Shown: piece by piece, positions 25,030 through 34,079 of the stretch | Layout of the letters: each line of letters opens with the position of its first letter | Numbering within the stretch: the stretch's first letter is position 1 | From: a virus | Lineage: Duplodnaviria; Caudoviricetes | Length of the DNA: 36,658 nucleotides | IMG/VR virus record: IMGVR_UViG_3300038674_000239 | Span: 1 to 36,658 of that record | Reading direction: 5' to 3' (one strand) | Notes under the pieces: generated by a model | Told to the model about the DNA's origin: nothing | What the model saw: only the letters and a program-made list of their open reading frames with translations | Databases searched by the model: none | Position numbers and translations under genes: made by a program

Positions 25030-26444
25030 TGGATATAAAAAGATTATTCAGCCAACTGTCCGGGCGTTCGGACACCAACGTTCTCCACACTCCCTACGGC
25101 AGTTTCAATCTTGCCAAGGAGGATGACCGCAAGCGTGTGAAGCACGTTGTAATGGCCCTACAGCAGACCACCGACGCACTCACCCGTAAGGACATCGCCG
25201 ACTGGCGCAAGGCGTGGCAGCTCGCCATCAACGTTGATAACCCCAACCGGCAGAGACTCTACGACATCTACCGCGACGCGGATGCCGACGGACACCTCTC
25301 CGGCTGCGTTCGCCAGCGTGAGGGTTTTGTCATGGCAAAATCGTTCAAGCTCGTGGACGCTGCCGGCAACGAGAGCGACGAGGCGTTGCACTACTTCGAC
25401 CAGGCCTGGTTCAAGCAGCTCTGCCGGCTCGCGCTCGATTCTGTCTATTGGGGGCACTCGCTCATCGAGCTGGGCGACATCGTGCAAGACGGCGACGGCA
25501 TGCGCTGCTATGACAGCGTGAGGCTCATACCACGCAAACACGTCATTCCGGAGTATGGACGCGTGGTCAGACAGGTCGGCGATGACTGGAATACGGGCAT
25601 CGACTTCCACCAGCCGCCGTTCTCCGACTGGCTCATAGAGGCAGGACAGCCGGACAACCTCGGCCTGTTCCTCAAGGCTGCGCAGCATACCATTCCAAAG
25701 AAGAATATGCTTGCCTTCTGGGACACCTTCGGCGAGATTTTCGGAATGCCGATGCGCATTGCCAAGACGGCCTCGCGCGACAGCAAGGAGATAGACCGGC
25801 TCAACCGTATGCTCATCGAGGCCGGTGCCTCGCAGACGGCCGTCATGCCGCTTGACACGGAACTGGAGTTCATCGAATCCACACGCGGAGATGCCTACAA
25901 TGTCTATAACCAGCGCGTGGACCGCGCCAACTCCGAGCTGTCGAAGCTCATCATCGGGCAGACCATGACCATAGAGGACGGTTCCAGCCTCTCGCAGAGC
26001 CAGACGCACCTGCAGGTGTTCCAGAACCTCGTCGAGGACGATGCCGACATGTTGCGCGATATTGTCAACAACCAACTCATACCACGAATGGTCGCCCACG
26101 GCTTCCCGCTCAAGGGCTTCCGTTTCGACTGGGACGATTCCATCGACTACACCCCGGAGCAGCAGGTGGCATACGAAACAATGGTGGCCGACCGCTACGA
26201 CGTGGACCCTGCCTATTTCGCGGAGAAGTATTCCATGCCAGTAGGCGAACGCCGAAACAATATGCCTATAATGGATCCGCAGGAAGACCCGGACGACAAT
26301 TCCCGTGCAAACGAGAAGAATGGAACTCGTTCCAATTCTCAAGTGCAGCCGGGAAACACCGAAGGTAAAAAAGGGAAAGGAACTGAAGACAAGAAAGGTC
26401 CTGATAAAAAAAAGCAAAAAAACGTGTACCCTTTTTTCGACTGA
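25029..26444 (+). CDS. Portal protein (Mu gp29 / DUF935 type)
   Basis: DGHLSGC, WDTFGEIFGMPMRIAK and ELSKLIIGQTMT motifs; 471 aa with a low-complexity C-terminal tail. Confidence 0.9.
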   Translation: MDIKRLFSQLSGRSDTNVLHTPYGSFNLAKEDDRKRVKHVVMALQQTTDALTRKDIADWRKAWQLAINVDNPNRQRLYDIYRDADADGHLSGCVRQREGFVMAKSFKLVDAAGNESDEALHYFDQAWFKQLCRLALDSVYWGHSLIELGDIVQDGDGMRCYDSVRLIPRKHVIPEYGRVVRQVGDDWNTGIDFHQPPFSDWLIEAGQPDNLGLFLKAAQHTIPKKNMLAFWDTFGEIFGMPMRIAKTASRDSKEIDRLNRMLIEAGASQTAVMPLDTELEFIESTRGDAYNVYNQRVDRANSELSKLIIGQTMTIEDGSSLSQSQTHLQVFQNLVEDDADMLRDIVNNQLIPRMVAHGFPLKGFRFDWDDSIDYTPEQQVAYETMVADRYDVDPAYFAEKYSMPVGERRNNMPIMDPQEDPDDNSRANEKNGTRSNSQVQPGNTEGKKGKGTEDKKGPDKKKQKNVYPFFD

Positions 26445-26466
26445 GCCCCACTGACTATGTGGGGCT
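26408..26466 (+). promoter_or_regulatory. Putative -1 programmed ribosomal frameshift signal, portal to MuF
   Basis: In-frame heptamers C CCT TTT and T TTT TTC (26429-26438), a 5-nt spacer and the 8-bp stem AGCCCCAC/GTGGGGCT; the -1 frame is open into MuF. Confidence 0.6.
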
Positions 26467-27838
26467 GCACAGCCGATATAGGGATATTCTTCATTCTGGC
26501 CACCACGCGCTGACGCTCGACAAGGACACCGAGGACACCGTCAAATCAAAACTGACCAAGGCTTTCAATGACATGATGTCGGCACTCTTCAACCAGCAGG
26601 GGGCTACGCTCGACATCAACATCCTTGCCTCCGACGAGGCGCAGGAGTTTATCGAAACCCACGCCTCTGTCTTGGATACTTCTTTCAAAAAGGTCGAGAT
26701 GTCCGAAGGTATGCGCAGGAGGCTCGAACGTTCCAACTACATTTTCTCCGGGATCAAGACTTTCCACGAGCTGCATGAAGCGTTCCCATCGCTCATAGAT
26801 GAAAACGGCAACAGAAAGCCGTTCGAACGCTTTTTGAATGACGTTCAAAAAATCGATGCTACTTACAACCGGAACTACCTCCGGACCGAATACAACTTTG
26901 TGCAGGCATCGGCGGAGATGGCTGCCAAGTGGGAGGGGTTTGCCGAGGACGGCGACCGCTACAACCTGCAGTACCGCACGGCTGGCGATGACAAGGTGCG
27001 CCCGGAGCACGCTGCACTCAATGGTACTACTCTTCCTATGTCTGATTCGTTCTGGGAGTCGTACTATCCCCCCAACGGCTGGGGATGCCGCTGTACCGTA
27101 GTGCAGGTGCGCAAGTCGAAGTACCCCACAACGCCACACGACGAGGCAATGGCACGGGGCGAGGAAGCCCTGCAGAGCGACAAGAAGGGACTGTTCCGCT
27201 TTAACCCCGGCAAGGAGCAGAAGACAGTACCCGACTACAACCAGTACACCATCAAGCGGTGCAACGACTGCGACTTGGCCAAGGGCAGGACCACGCTCGC
27301 ATTCGTGCCCGACAACGAACTGTGCGCGGCGTGCAGGCTTGTCCGCCAGTGCGAGAGCCAACGGTACCAAACCAAGAAGCAATATCCCGATGGAGGCAAG
27401 GTACTGGTGCATCAGCTGGTCAGCGCGGCCGACAGCGACTATGGCAAGCTGATGCAGGTTGCCGACTACTTTGCCAGGCAGGGACAGGAGGCAAGGCTCA
27501 CGTCAAAGATGTCACGGCCGCAGAAGTTCGTCTACCAGAACATCTACCACTCGCTCATGGGGACCAAGTACGAAGGCAAGTGCCCCGACCTGCTCATCGA
27601 CGGCAAATGGTACGAACACGAGGGATTCACATCCGACAATCCCAAAAGGGCGTTCCGCAACATGCTCACACATGGATTGAAACAGTCCAACCGAATCATC
27701 ATCGACCGTCCCGAACTGACTGACGGTTATATGATAAGGAGTATTTACGGTCATATCAAGCAAGGAAAAGATATAGAGGAAGTGTGGGTTGTCGAAGGTG
27801 AGAAAACGAGACTGCTGTATAAAAAAAACAGGCAATAA
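26459..27838 (+). CDS. MuF (Mu gpF / SPP1 gp7-like) minor head protein with C-terminal PD-(D/E)xK-like toxin-type domain
   Basis: YRTAGDDKVRPEH and YYPPNGWGCRC are MuF motifs; the C-terminal KCPDLLIDGKWYEHEG...KQSNRIIID resembles CdiA_C-type nucleases. Confidence 0.85.
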   Translation: MGLHSRYRDILHSGHHALTLDKDTEDTVKSKLTKAFNDMMSALFNQQGATLDINILASDEAQEFIETHASVLDTSFKKVEMSEGMRRRLERSNYIFSGIKTFHELHEAFPSLIDENGNRKPFERFLNDVQKIDATYNRNYLRTEYNFVQASAEMAAKWEGFAEDGDRYNLQYRTAGDDKVRPEHAALNGTTLPMSDSFWESYYPPNGWGCRCTVVQVRKSKYPTTPHDEAMARGEEALQSDKKGLFRFNPGKEQKTVPDYNQYTIKRCNDCDLAKGRTTLAFVPDNELCAACRLVRQCESQRYQTKKQYPDGGKVLVHQLVSAADSDYGKLMQVADYFARQGQEARLTSKMSRPQKFVYQNIYHSLMGTKYEGKCPDLLIDGKWYEHEGFTSDNPKRAFRNMLTHGLKQSNRIIIDRPELTDGYMIRSIYGHIKQGKDIEEVWVVEGEKTRLLYKKNRQ

Positions 27839-27896
27839 CGTAGAAGTTACTGCCCGTATGCGACGAATCGGTAGTCATCAGCTACGGAATCATCGC
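27821..27896 (-). ncRNA. Candidate small RNA (about 75 nt) antisense to the MuF 3' end
   Basis: Full promoter upstream, a 5' hairpin at 27860-27896 and the intrinsic terminator GGCAGTAAC-N6-GTTATTGCC-TG-T8. Confidence 0.6.
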
Positions 27897-27898
27897 TG

Positions 27899-27929
27899 CA
27901 AATATAAGCAATGTGTTTCAATAATCAAA
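27899..27929 (-). promoter_or_regulatory. Consensus Bacteroidota sigma-A promoter TTTG-N19-TATATTTG
   Basis: -33 TTTG at 27926-27929 and -7 TATATTTG at 27899-27906 on the minus strand. Confidence 0.7.
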
Positions 27930-27977
27930 ATTTACAAGACATTTTTTTTTTAAAACTGATCAAAAGCAAACTGTAAT

Positions 27978-30900
27978 ATGGCAGAACTGATTGATGTAAA
28001 GATGATGCCGAAGCCGAAAGGCAGCACTTCTGTTGCGAGTAGCGGAGGCACGAGCCGCACCTACGTCACTACGACCCAGCAGGCTGACACCGCACGCTAT
28101 GCCAGGACGGCGGGCACGGCCGAAAAGGCTGACCTTGCCGACCGTGCCACCTATGCCGAGCATGCGGGCACAGCCGACCGGGCCACCTATGCCGATACCG
28201 CCGGCAGGGCCGAGACGCTCACGGAGGCCAGTGAGGTGTGGGAGAAGCTGCTGCGCAAGGATGTGGAGGACACAGCCCGCGAGCTGGTCACCTTTCTCAA
28301 GGGTCTGCGCAGCAGGCACTATAAAGACGGCGGCAACGAGAACAACCTGCTCGGCTCGGGCTTCGAGCTGGTGATGCAGCCCGACGGCAAGAGCCGCCTG
28401 GAGGTGGACCATCTGCTGGTGCGCATGGCAGCCTACTTCTTCAAGCTCGACATCCGCGAGATATCCTATCTCGGTGGAGATTATATCTTCAGCGGCGCGG
28501 GGTCGACCATCCTGGAGGTGGTGGACGAGGGCGACGGCTGGAAGTGCTACCTGATGAGCAACGACGGCACCACGGCCACCGAGAATCACTGGGTGGTAAA
28601 CGACCAGGCGCGATGCCAGACCTTTGACTGTAGGGACGGGGTGACCATGGCGGCCAAGACCAAGAACTACTGGCGGCTCGTCACGGCCACGGGCGAGGAG
28701 CCGATCGCCGGCAGGCTCAATGCTGACGGCACGGCAGACAACACGCGGTTTGCCTACGTTTGCCTCAGCAAGACCGACTGCTCCGGCGACAGTGTGCCCG
28801 AGCGGGGCGACAAGATCGTGCAGCTGGGCAACCGCACGGATGCAAGCAGACAGGGAGTGGTGTATATCCGCACGCAAGGGGTGCCGGCCATACTCATCTA
28901 CACCGGCATAGGCGGCAGCTACCCCTACTACAGTCTTGACCACATCACGCTGCAGCTCTCGCCCGAGGGCAACATCATCCGCGGCAAGCTGTATTCTACG
29001 GCAGGCGGCAGCGACGGGGTAAGCGTGGATGACATGATAAACGACCTGCGGCAGCGGCTTGACAACGTGTCGGCACAGGCCGACCAGAAGATGGATATCT
29101 GGATGTACGGCCACGCACCGCTGCCCACCAAGGACAACCCCACGGGAAGCAACCTGCCTGCCAGCGACTGGACCACGACAGCGCAAAAAGCGCTGCACGT
29201 GCAGGATATATTCTACGACACCTCGCGACAGGCGGCCAGCCAAGGCGGCCGCACATGGCGGTGGGTGGAGGTTGGCGGCGTGTACTACTGGGAGGAGGTG
29301 ACCGACCAGGACACCATAGCAGCCCTTGAAAAGATTGCCGACGTGGCCAGCGACGGCGTGCTGAGTGCAGGGGCTGAGAAGAGCCGGGTGCTGGCCGACT
29401 GGCTGCGTGCCGTGAGCGACTACCGGCAGCAAGGCAAGGCCATAAAGGCATACCTGCAGGCCGACTACGGCAGCAGCCTCGGTGCCTCATGGAACGGCTA
29501 CAGGGAGGCGCTGGGGGCACTGGGGACGCTGCTCAACAACGGTGTGACATACGACATGGATGCGCCGGGGACGCCCTCGTGGCTGCAAGACCTCACGGCC
29601 GACACCACCATCGGCAGCCCCGACGGCTACCGCCAAGCATGGACAAACTATTACGATGCACAGGCCATACTGATCCAGGCAGTGGCAGCCGCCGACAAGC
29701 TGCGCATGGACAATCTCGGCGAAGACAGCAAGCTCACGCCAAGCGAGAAACTCACCCTGCTCAGAGAGTGGGAGAACATACTTGCCGAGCGCACCAGCCT
29801 GCAGGCGCAGGCAGACAATGCAAGGGTGAGCCGGGATGGGTATGACAGCGCATTCAAGGCAGTGGCCGACATGCTATGTGAGGGCACCTGGACAGGAGGA
29901 ACACCGACGCTGATCGACAGCGACCATATAAGTTTGACATCGGACATCGACCCCACGGCATGGATCAACAAGTGGGCAGCATTCTACAAAGAGCGGACGG
30001 CACTGCTCACGGCCATTTCGGCCTCGAAGGTCAGCGTGTTTGTCTACGATGAGCCCACACCGCCATACAAGGTGGGCGACCTGTGGATAAGAACCGGCGG
30101 ACAAAATGTGATGACCTGCATATATAGCCGCCAAGCCGAGGAGGATTTCAATGCCGCAGACTGGCAGGACCTGGGCGAGCTCACCGCCATTGCCGACCCA
30201 CGGGTGCAGTTGGTCGCGCTGGCCGAGAAGCTGTGGAAACTGGAGAAAGCACTGGTTCAGGCCAGCGGCACTGTGCATGTGTATTTCGGAGCGACACCCG
30301 GGGTGCCTGTGGAGGGCGACGTGAGATGGGCTGAGGGCTCATGCGCGCTCTATCAGGACGGCAACTGGGCTGCCACCGCCAACGCAGAACTCACGACCAT
30401 GCTGGCGGGGCTTGCCACGGTGCTGGGCACACGTACCATCTCGATGACTTATGTAGGGCGCAACGGAGCATTGCCATCAAGTCCGGGAAAGTGGGACTTG
30501 GCGCTGCGTAACGTGGCTTTCTATGACAGTTTCAGGCAGCAGACGGTGGAGGGCAACGTCGAGGTGCTCATGTGGAACGGCGAGGCTTGGGAACTGCTGC
30601 GAGAAGGGACGACTGCAATCTCGGAGAACCTGGGCGACCAGTTGCGGGCCATCGTGTTCGGCGGGGCCGGGACTGACTCGGTGGACGCCAGCGGACTGAT
30701 TACCCGGTCGGACATGGCCAGGCTGTTCTCCGAGCATGTGGAGTATGACCCCGTGACAGGGACTGTCAGGAACAAGGCCACGAGTGGTTTTGTCACAACA
30801 AGCACGGCGGCGGAGATGTTCTCGGAATACATCAGCAGCAACGGCGACAAGATTGCCTCGGCCATTGTCGGCACATTCGTCAGAAAGGACGATAACGGCT

Positions 30901-31850
30901 ATGTGGAGAGCGGCATCAGGATGAAGGCCGACCAGATAGAACTGGAGGGAGCCATCTCAGCGAACGGCAACTTCAAGATAGACCGATACGGCAACATGTA
31001 TGCCCAGGATGCCACCATCAGCGGAACGGTGACGGCCACCAGCGGTATGATAGGCGGGTTCCGCATCGACGGAAACAACCTCACAAACATGGATGATGAC
31101 GGAAAGTTCACCAACGATGCGAGCATCGTCTTCCGCAATGACACGCACGATTGCTTTGCGGGCATCGGGGGCAACGTGCGGACGGCCTCAAGCAGCGTGA
31201 GAGCCGTTGCGCGTTTCGAAAACTACGACACGACCGACTGGTGGAACCTGGGGGCGAATTACGCCATGATCGTGGGCGCACGTGGAGCGAGCGAGAACAT
31301 TGCCATTGACATCGGGGGAGGGTGTGTGTCGCGCCTGGCCTATCGCACACAAATAATCGGGTACAAGTATTATACACAGACCACTGCACCCACAGCCGTG
31401 ACGGAGAACATCAAGCCCACCACCGGGGCGCTGTATGTCACCACACTGCACTTCTGGAGAGCCAAGGCAATGGAGAACGGGACGGAGGTGGAATTTCAGG
31501 ACCGGACGTATGACGTCAACTGCAACATGCCGGAAATGTTCGAGTATGATGATGGGCATACGATAAAGATAAAGCGTGGCAAGAACAACGGCAACAAGGT
31601 TTACCTGATTCCCGGAAAGAGTCACTACACCACCACCGAACTGGTAAACGGGACCTACCAGAAGGTCAGTCGTGAGGGCAAGACCTGTTTCCTGATCGAT
31701 AAGGGCACTTATGTTACTGACATGCTGCCGGTTCAATCGGAGATGGATGCCATGGAGCTGGTCTACTTCCGAGACCTGGTCGTGACAATCAACGATGTGG
31801 TATATAACGGCATCTGGATAGAGTTCAAGCACCCTCGCGTGTGGTCCTGA
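27978..31850 (+). CDS. Large tail fibre / central spike-like structural protein
   Basis: 1290 aa with N-terminal AxxA repeats, PTPPYKVGDLW and a beta-helix-like GNFKIDRYGNMYAQDATISGTVTATSGMIGGFRI segment typical of phage tail tip proteins. Confidence 0.7.
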   Translation: MAELIDVKMMPKPKGSTSVASSGGTSRTYVTTTQQADTARYARTAGTAEKADLADRATYAEHAGTADRATYADTAGRAETLTEASEVWEKLLRKDVEDTARELVTFLKGLRSRHYKDGGNENNLLGSGFELVMQPDGKSRLEVDHLLVRMAAYFFKLDIREISYLGGDYIFSGAGSTILEVVDEGDGWKCYLMSNDGTTATENHWVVNDQARCQTFDCRDGVTMAAKTKNYWRLVTATGEEPIAGRLNADGTADNTRFAYVCLSKTDCSGDSVPERGDKIVQLGNRTDASRQGVVYIRTQGVPAILIYTGIGGSYPYYSLDHITLQLSPEGNIIRGKLYSTAGGSDGVSVDDMINDLRQRLDNVSAQADQKMDIWMYGHAPLPTKDNPTGSNLPASDWTTTAQKALHVQDIFYDTSRQAASQGGRTWRWVEVGGVYYWEEVTDQDTIAALEKIADVASDGVLSAGAEKSRVLADWLRAVSDYRQQGKAIKAYLQADYGSSLGASWNGYREALGALGTLLNNGVTYDMDAPGTPSWLQDLTADTTIGSPDGYRQAWTNYYDAQAILIQAVAAADKLRMDNLGEDSKLTPSEKLTLLREWENILAERTSLQAQADNARVSRDGYDSAFKAVADMLCEGTWTGGTPTLIDSDHISLTSDIDPTAWINKWAAFYKERTALLTAISASKVSVFVYDEPTPPYKVGDLWIRTGGQNVMTCIYSRQAEEDFNAADWQDLGELTAIADPRVQLVALAEKLWKLEKALVQASGTVHVYFGATPGVPVEGDVRWAEGSCALYQDGNWAATANAELTTMLAGLATVLGTRTISMTYVGRNGALPSSPGKWDLALRNVAFYDSFRQQTVEGNVEVLMWNGEAWELLREGTTAISENLGDQLRAIVFGGAGTDSVDASGLITRSDMARLFSEHVEYDPVTGTVRNKATSGFVTTSTAAEMFSEYISSNGDKIASAIVGTFVRKDDNGYVESGIRMKADQIELEGAISANGNFKIDRYGNMYAQDATISGTVTATSGMIGGFRIDGNNLTNMDDDGKFTNDASIVFRNDTHDCFAGIGGNVRTASSSVRAVARFENYDTTDWWNLGANYAMIVGARGASENIAIDIGGGCVSRLAYRTQIIGYKYYTQTTAPTAVTENIKPTTGALYVTTLHFWRAKAMENGTEVEFQDRTYDVNCNMPEMFEYDDGHTIKIKRGKNNGNKVYLIPGKSHYTTTELVNGTYQKVSREGKTCFLIDKGTYVTDMLPVQSEMDAMELVYFRDLVVTINDVVYNGIWIEFKHPRVWS

Positions 31851-31878
31851 CGTTGTTTGCCTTGCGCCTGTGCGCACG

Positions 31879-31913
31879 AAAAAGCCCCGGCGGCAGATTG
31901 TCCGTCGGGGCTT
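31879..31913. terminator. Intrinsic terminator between convergent operons
   Basis: AAGCCCCG (31882-31889) pairs with CGGGGCTT (31906-31913); T-run follows on the minus strand. Confidence 0.7.
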
Positions 31914-31934
31914 CGCTGTTACGACACGGGGCGT

Positions 31935-32339
31935 TTATTCAGCCAGCAGGTAGCGCACCTCGTAGCTGTCTATGCTCTCCAGGATGTCCTCGTGGTTGTG
32001 GTTGGTGTCTATGGCGACGAGCGTTATGCCGCCAAAATACTCACCGCCCAGCCCCTCGAGGGCAGACTGGATCTTGCCGCACAGGTCCCAGGCAGCGTCC
32101 TGCCCGCCCTCGGTCCAGTCGGTAACGATGTGTAGGCGCACCAGTCCCTTGCCGCGGTGCCCCCTGCCTTGGAACGACGCGCAGGTGATGGAGCCAATCT
32201 CAACGAACACCGCAGGGCGTGCCCAGCCCTCCTCCTGCTCGATGAACTCCACGTTGTGGTTCCACAAATCCACGTGCGCCACTTCGGGCACCTCTGCCGT
32301 CAGCTTAGCCTTGATGGCGTTGTATAGTTCCTTTCTCAT
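31935..32339 (-). CDS. Putative tail completion/terminator protein (Mu gp37-like)
   Basis: 134 aa with HVDLWN and RPAVFVE motifs; coupled to the virion morphogenesis gene. Confidence 0.55.
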   Translation of the reverse strand: MRKELYNAIKAKLTAEVPEVAHVDLWNHNVEFIEQEEGWARPAVFVEIGSITCASFQGRGHRGKGLVRLHIVTDWTEGGQDAAWDLCGKIQSALEGLGGEYFGGITLVAIDTNHNHEDILESIDSYEVRYLLAE

Positions 32340-32890
32340 TTCTGCTTGATGTCAAAGTTGTCAAAATATTCGGTCAGGTTCTCCTCGATGATTTCGGTCA
32401 CGGCCTTCTCCACTTCGGGCGCAGCACCGATAAACTGCCGCTTGGGTATCTTAATCGTGCTGCCGACCTTCATCAGGGCAAGCAGCTTCCAGAACTCAGC
32501 CTCGGTGCTCAGCTGCACCGTGCGTTTGTCCTGTCTTCGTTCTCCGTTCTTCTTGCGTCCGAACGAACCGGTCGCCTGGTAATACTTGTGCCAGAAGTAT
32601 GCTTTCATCTTACGGGTTACCTTGATTTCACCGCCCTCATTGTGAATGTCTGCCGCAGGGTGCGAGGAGAAGAACGTGATGCTGCTCTCCGTACTCTTGC
32701 TCTGTATGCTGCGACGAAGCCCTCCGGTGTCAATCAGTATGGAGCCGCCAGGGCGCAGCGGGCTCTTGCGCCTTGCCCACTTCTGTGAGAAGAAGCCCTG
32801 CCGCTCGAAATTCCTGTCGAACTCGTCCGTAAGGTCTACCCGGATGTCTTTCAGTATTCGGGCTATTACAGTCTGCAAATCATTTTCCAT
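32336..32890 (-). CDS. Phage virion morphogenesis protein (Mu gpG / P2 gpS-like)
   Basis: NFERQGF...W, LIDTGGLRRSI, ADIHNEGG and IPKRQFIG motifs; start could also be 32908. Confidence 0.85.
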   Translation of the reverse strand: MENDLQTVIARILKDIRVDLTDEFDRNFERQGFFSQKWARRKSPLRPGGSILIDTGGLRRSIQSKSTESSITFFSSHPAADIHNEGGEIKVTRKMKAYFWHKYYQATGSFGRKKNGERRQDKRTVQLSTEAEFWKLLALMKVGSTIKIPKRQFIGAAPEVEKAVTEIIEENLTEYFDNFDIKQK

Positions 32891-33125
32891 TGTTGTCCGT
32901 GAAATCAAAGAGCAATAGCTGACGGGTGTCGTCAGCTATCTTGTTCTTGCTCTCCGCGCTCGCGTTGAGTATATTGTAAAAGGTACGTTCGGTGATGGCA
33001 TATACAGGATACACGTACCGCCGCCATATCTCGCGGTTTGAGATGCCGCTTCGGGCATGCTGGTCGTATATCCTGTTGATTTCCTCTACACGTTTCTGAT
33101 AACTTACTCCGCGTCGCTTTATCAT
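32880..33125 (-). CDS. Small HTH protein, possible late-gene activator
   Basis: 81 aa with HTH-like SNREIWRRYVYPVYAITERTFYNIL at the end of the early module. Confidence 0.6.
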   Translation of the reverse strand: MIKRRGVSYQKRVEEINRIYDQHARSGISNREIWRRYVYPVYAITERTFYNILNASAESKNKIADDTRQLLLFDFTDNNGK

Positions 33126-33133
33126 TGTTGTTG

Positions 33134-33319
33134 TTATTCCTTGGGTTTATAGGGTCTTATATCATACACTATCTCGGCACTCACTGTCACGCGTCCGCTG
33201 CCCAGACACTGGCTGCACAGCACAGGCTCATGGTCGGTTTCCTTGCCGATGATGTAACCCCTGCCGCCACATCGGCGGCAGATGGCTATCTTGGGCGGTC
33301 TGGTCATCTCTTTTTTCAT
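33134..33319 (-). CDS. Small zinc-ribbon protein (DnaJ-type CxxCxGxG x2)
   Basis: CRRCGGRG and CSQCLGSG. Confidence 0.7.
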   Translation of the reverse strand: MKKEMTRPPKIAICRRCGGRGYIIGKETDHEPVLCSQCLGSGRVTVSAEIVYDIRPYKPKE

Positions 33320-33879
33320 AAGCCGGCCTCCTCTCGCTTGGGTTCAACGTAGAAGGCCTCGTCCTGGGCCACCTGTATGCCGCACTCGATCATCACATCG
33401 CTCATGGGCACTTCCACTGCCGTCGCAGAGTCAGACACCTCCATGACTACCTTGCCATCGCGGTCGGCAAGCAGCTTGTCTTTGGCGATCTCCTCCGTCT
33501 GGCGGATGTAGCCCGGCAGGAAGCGCTTCACAAGTTGCAGCGCACTCGCCCAGGTGAAGCCTTTCAGCGTCTTCAGCTTCGGCGTGCCCGTGCGGAAGCC
33601 TATCACGCCGTGAGCCATCTCCAGGCTCTTCTTCTTGGCAAAGAGCTCCGCCTGGTTCTCCGTGGCAAAGGCCTGCAGGGTTTCAAAAGCCTGCTCGCGC
33701 TCATCCGAGAGCGTGGCGATCCTGTCGGCATACTTCTCGCGGTACTTGGCGCACTGTAATTCGATGTCCGCATTGATTTTCTGCAACTGCGCGTCGCTCT
33801 TGGCGTAGGTTGCAAACGCTTCGTCGGCGGCTTCTCTGCTCACGCCGGTAATGATTACTTTCTTTTTTCTTGTTGCCAT
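33316..33879 (-). CDS. gam: Mu Gam-like host-nuclease inhibitor
   Basis: Coiled-coil N-terminus, KKKSLEMAHGVIGFRTGTPKL, YIRQTEEIAKDKLL and GIQVAQDEAFYVEP. Confidence 0.88.
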   Translation of the reverse strand: MATRKKKVIITGVSREAADEAFATYAKSDAQLQKINADIELQCAKYREKYADRIATLSDEREQAFETLQAFATENQAELFAKKKSLEMAHGVIGFRTGTPKLKTLKGFTWASALQLVKRFLPGYIRQTEEIAKDKLLADRDGKVVMEVSDSATAVEVPMSDVMIECGIQVAQDEAFYVEPKREEAGL

Positions 33880-33903
33880 AGTCTTTTCTTTTTTATGAGT
33901 TGT

Positions 33904-34074
33904 TTAAACAAATTTATTTTCGCTGGTCAATAGCTGCCAGTTCACTTCCTGCCGTTCGGTTTCAAGTTCGTAGGCAAGTTGCTCAAGGCTGTTGCTGTAA
34001 TCCTCATTGCTCATGTCCTTGCCGAGTTCCCGGATGTTCTCCATCGCACGCTTAACAAATTCTCTTGGTGTCAT
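33904..34074 (-). CDS. 56-aa hypothetical protein (not in the ORF track)
   Basis: MTPREFVKRAMENIRELGKDMSNEDYSNSLEQLAYELETERQEVNWQLLTSENKFV*; fills the gap in the early operon. Confidence 0.7.
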   Translation of the reverse strand: MTPREFVKRAMENIRELGKDMSNEDYSNSLEQLAYELETERQEVNWQLLTSENKFV

Positions 34075-34079
34075 ACTTC

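Noticed and set aside
27978-31850. Second DGR target
   Set aside because: I saw no TR-like sequence in this gene or elsewhere in the window by eye; a formal alignment could still find a degenerate copy.
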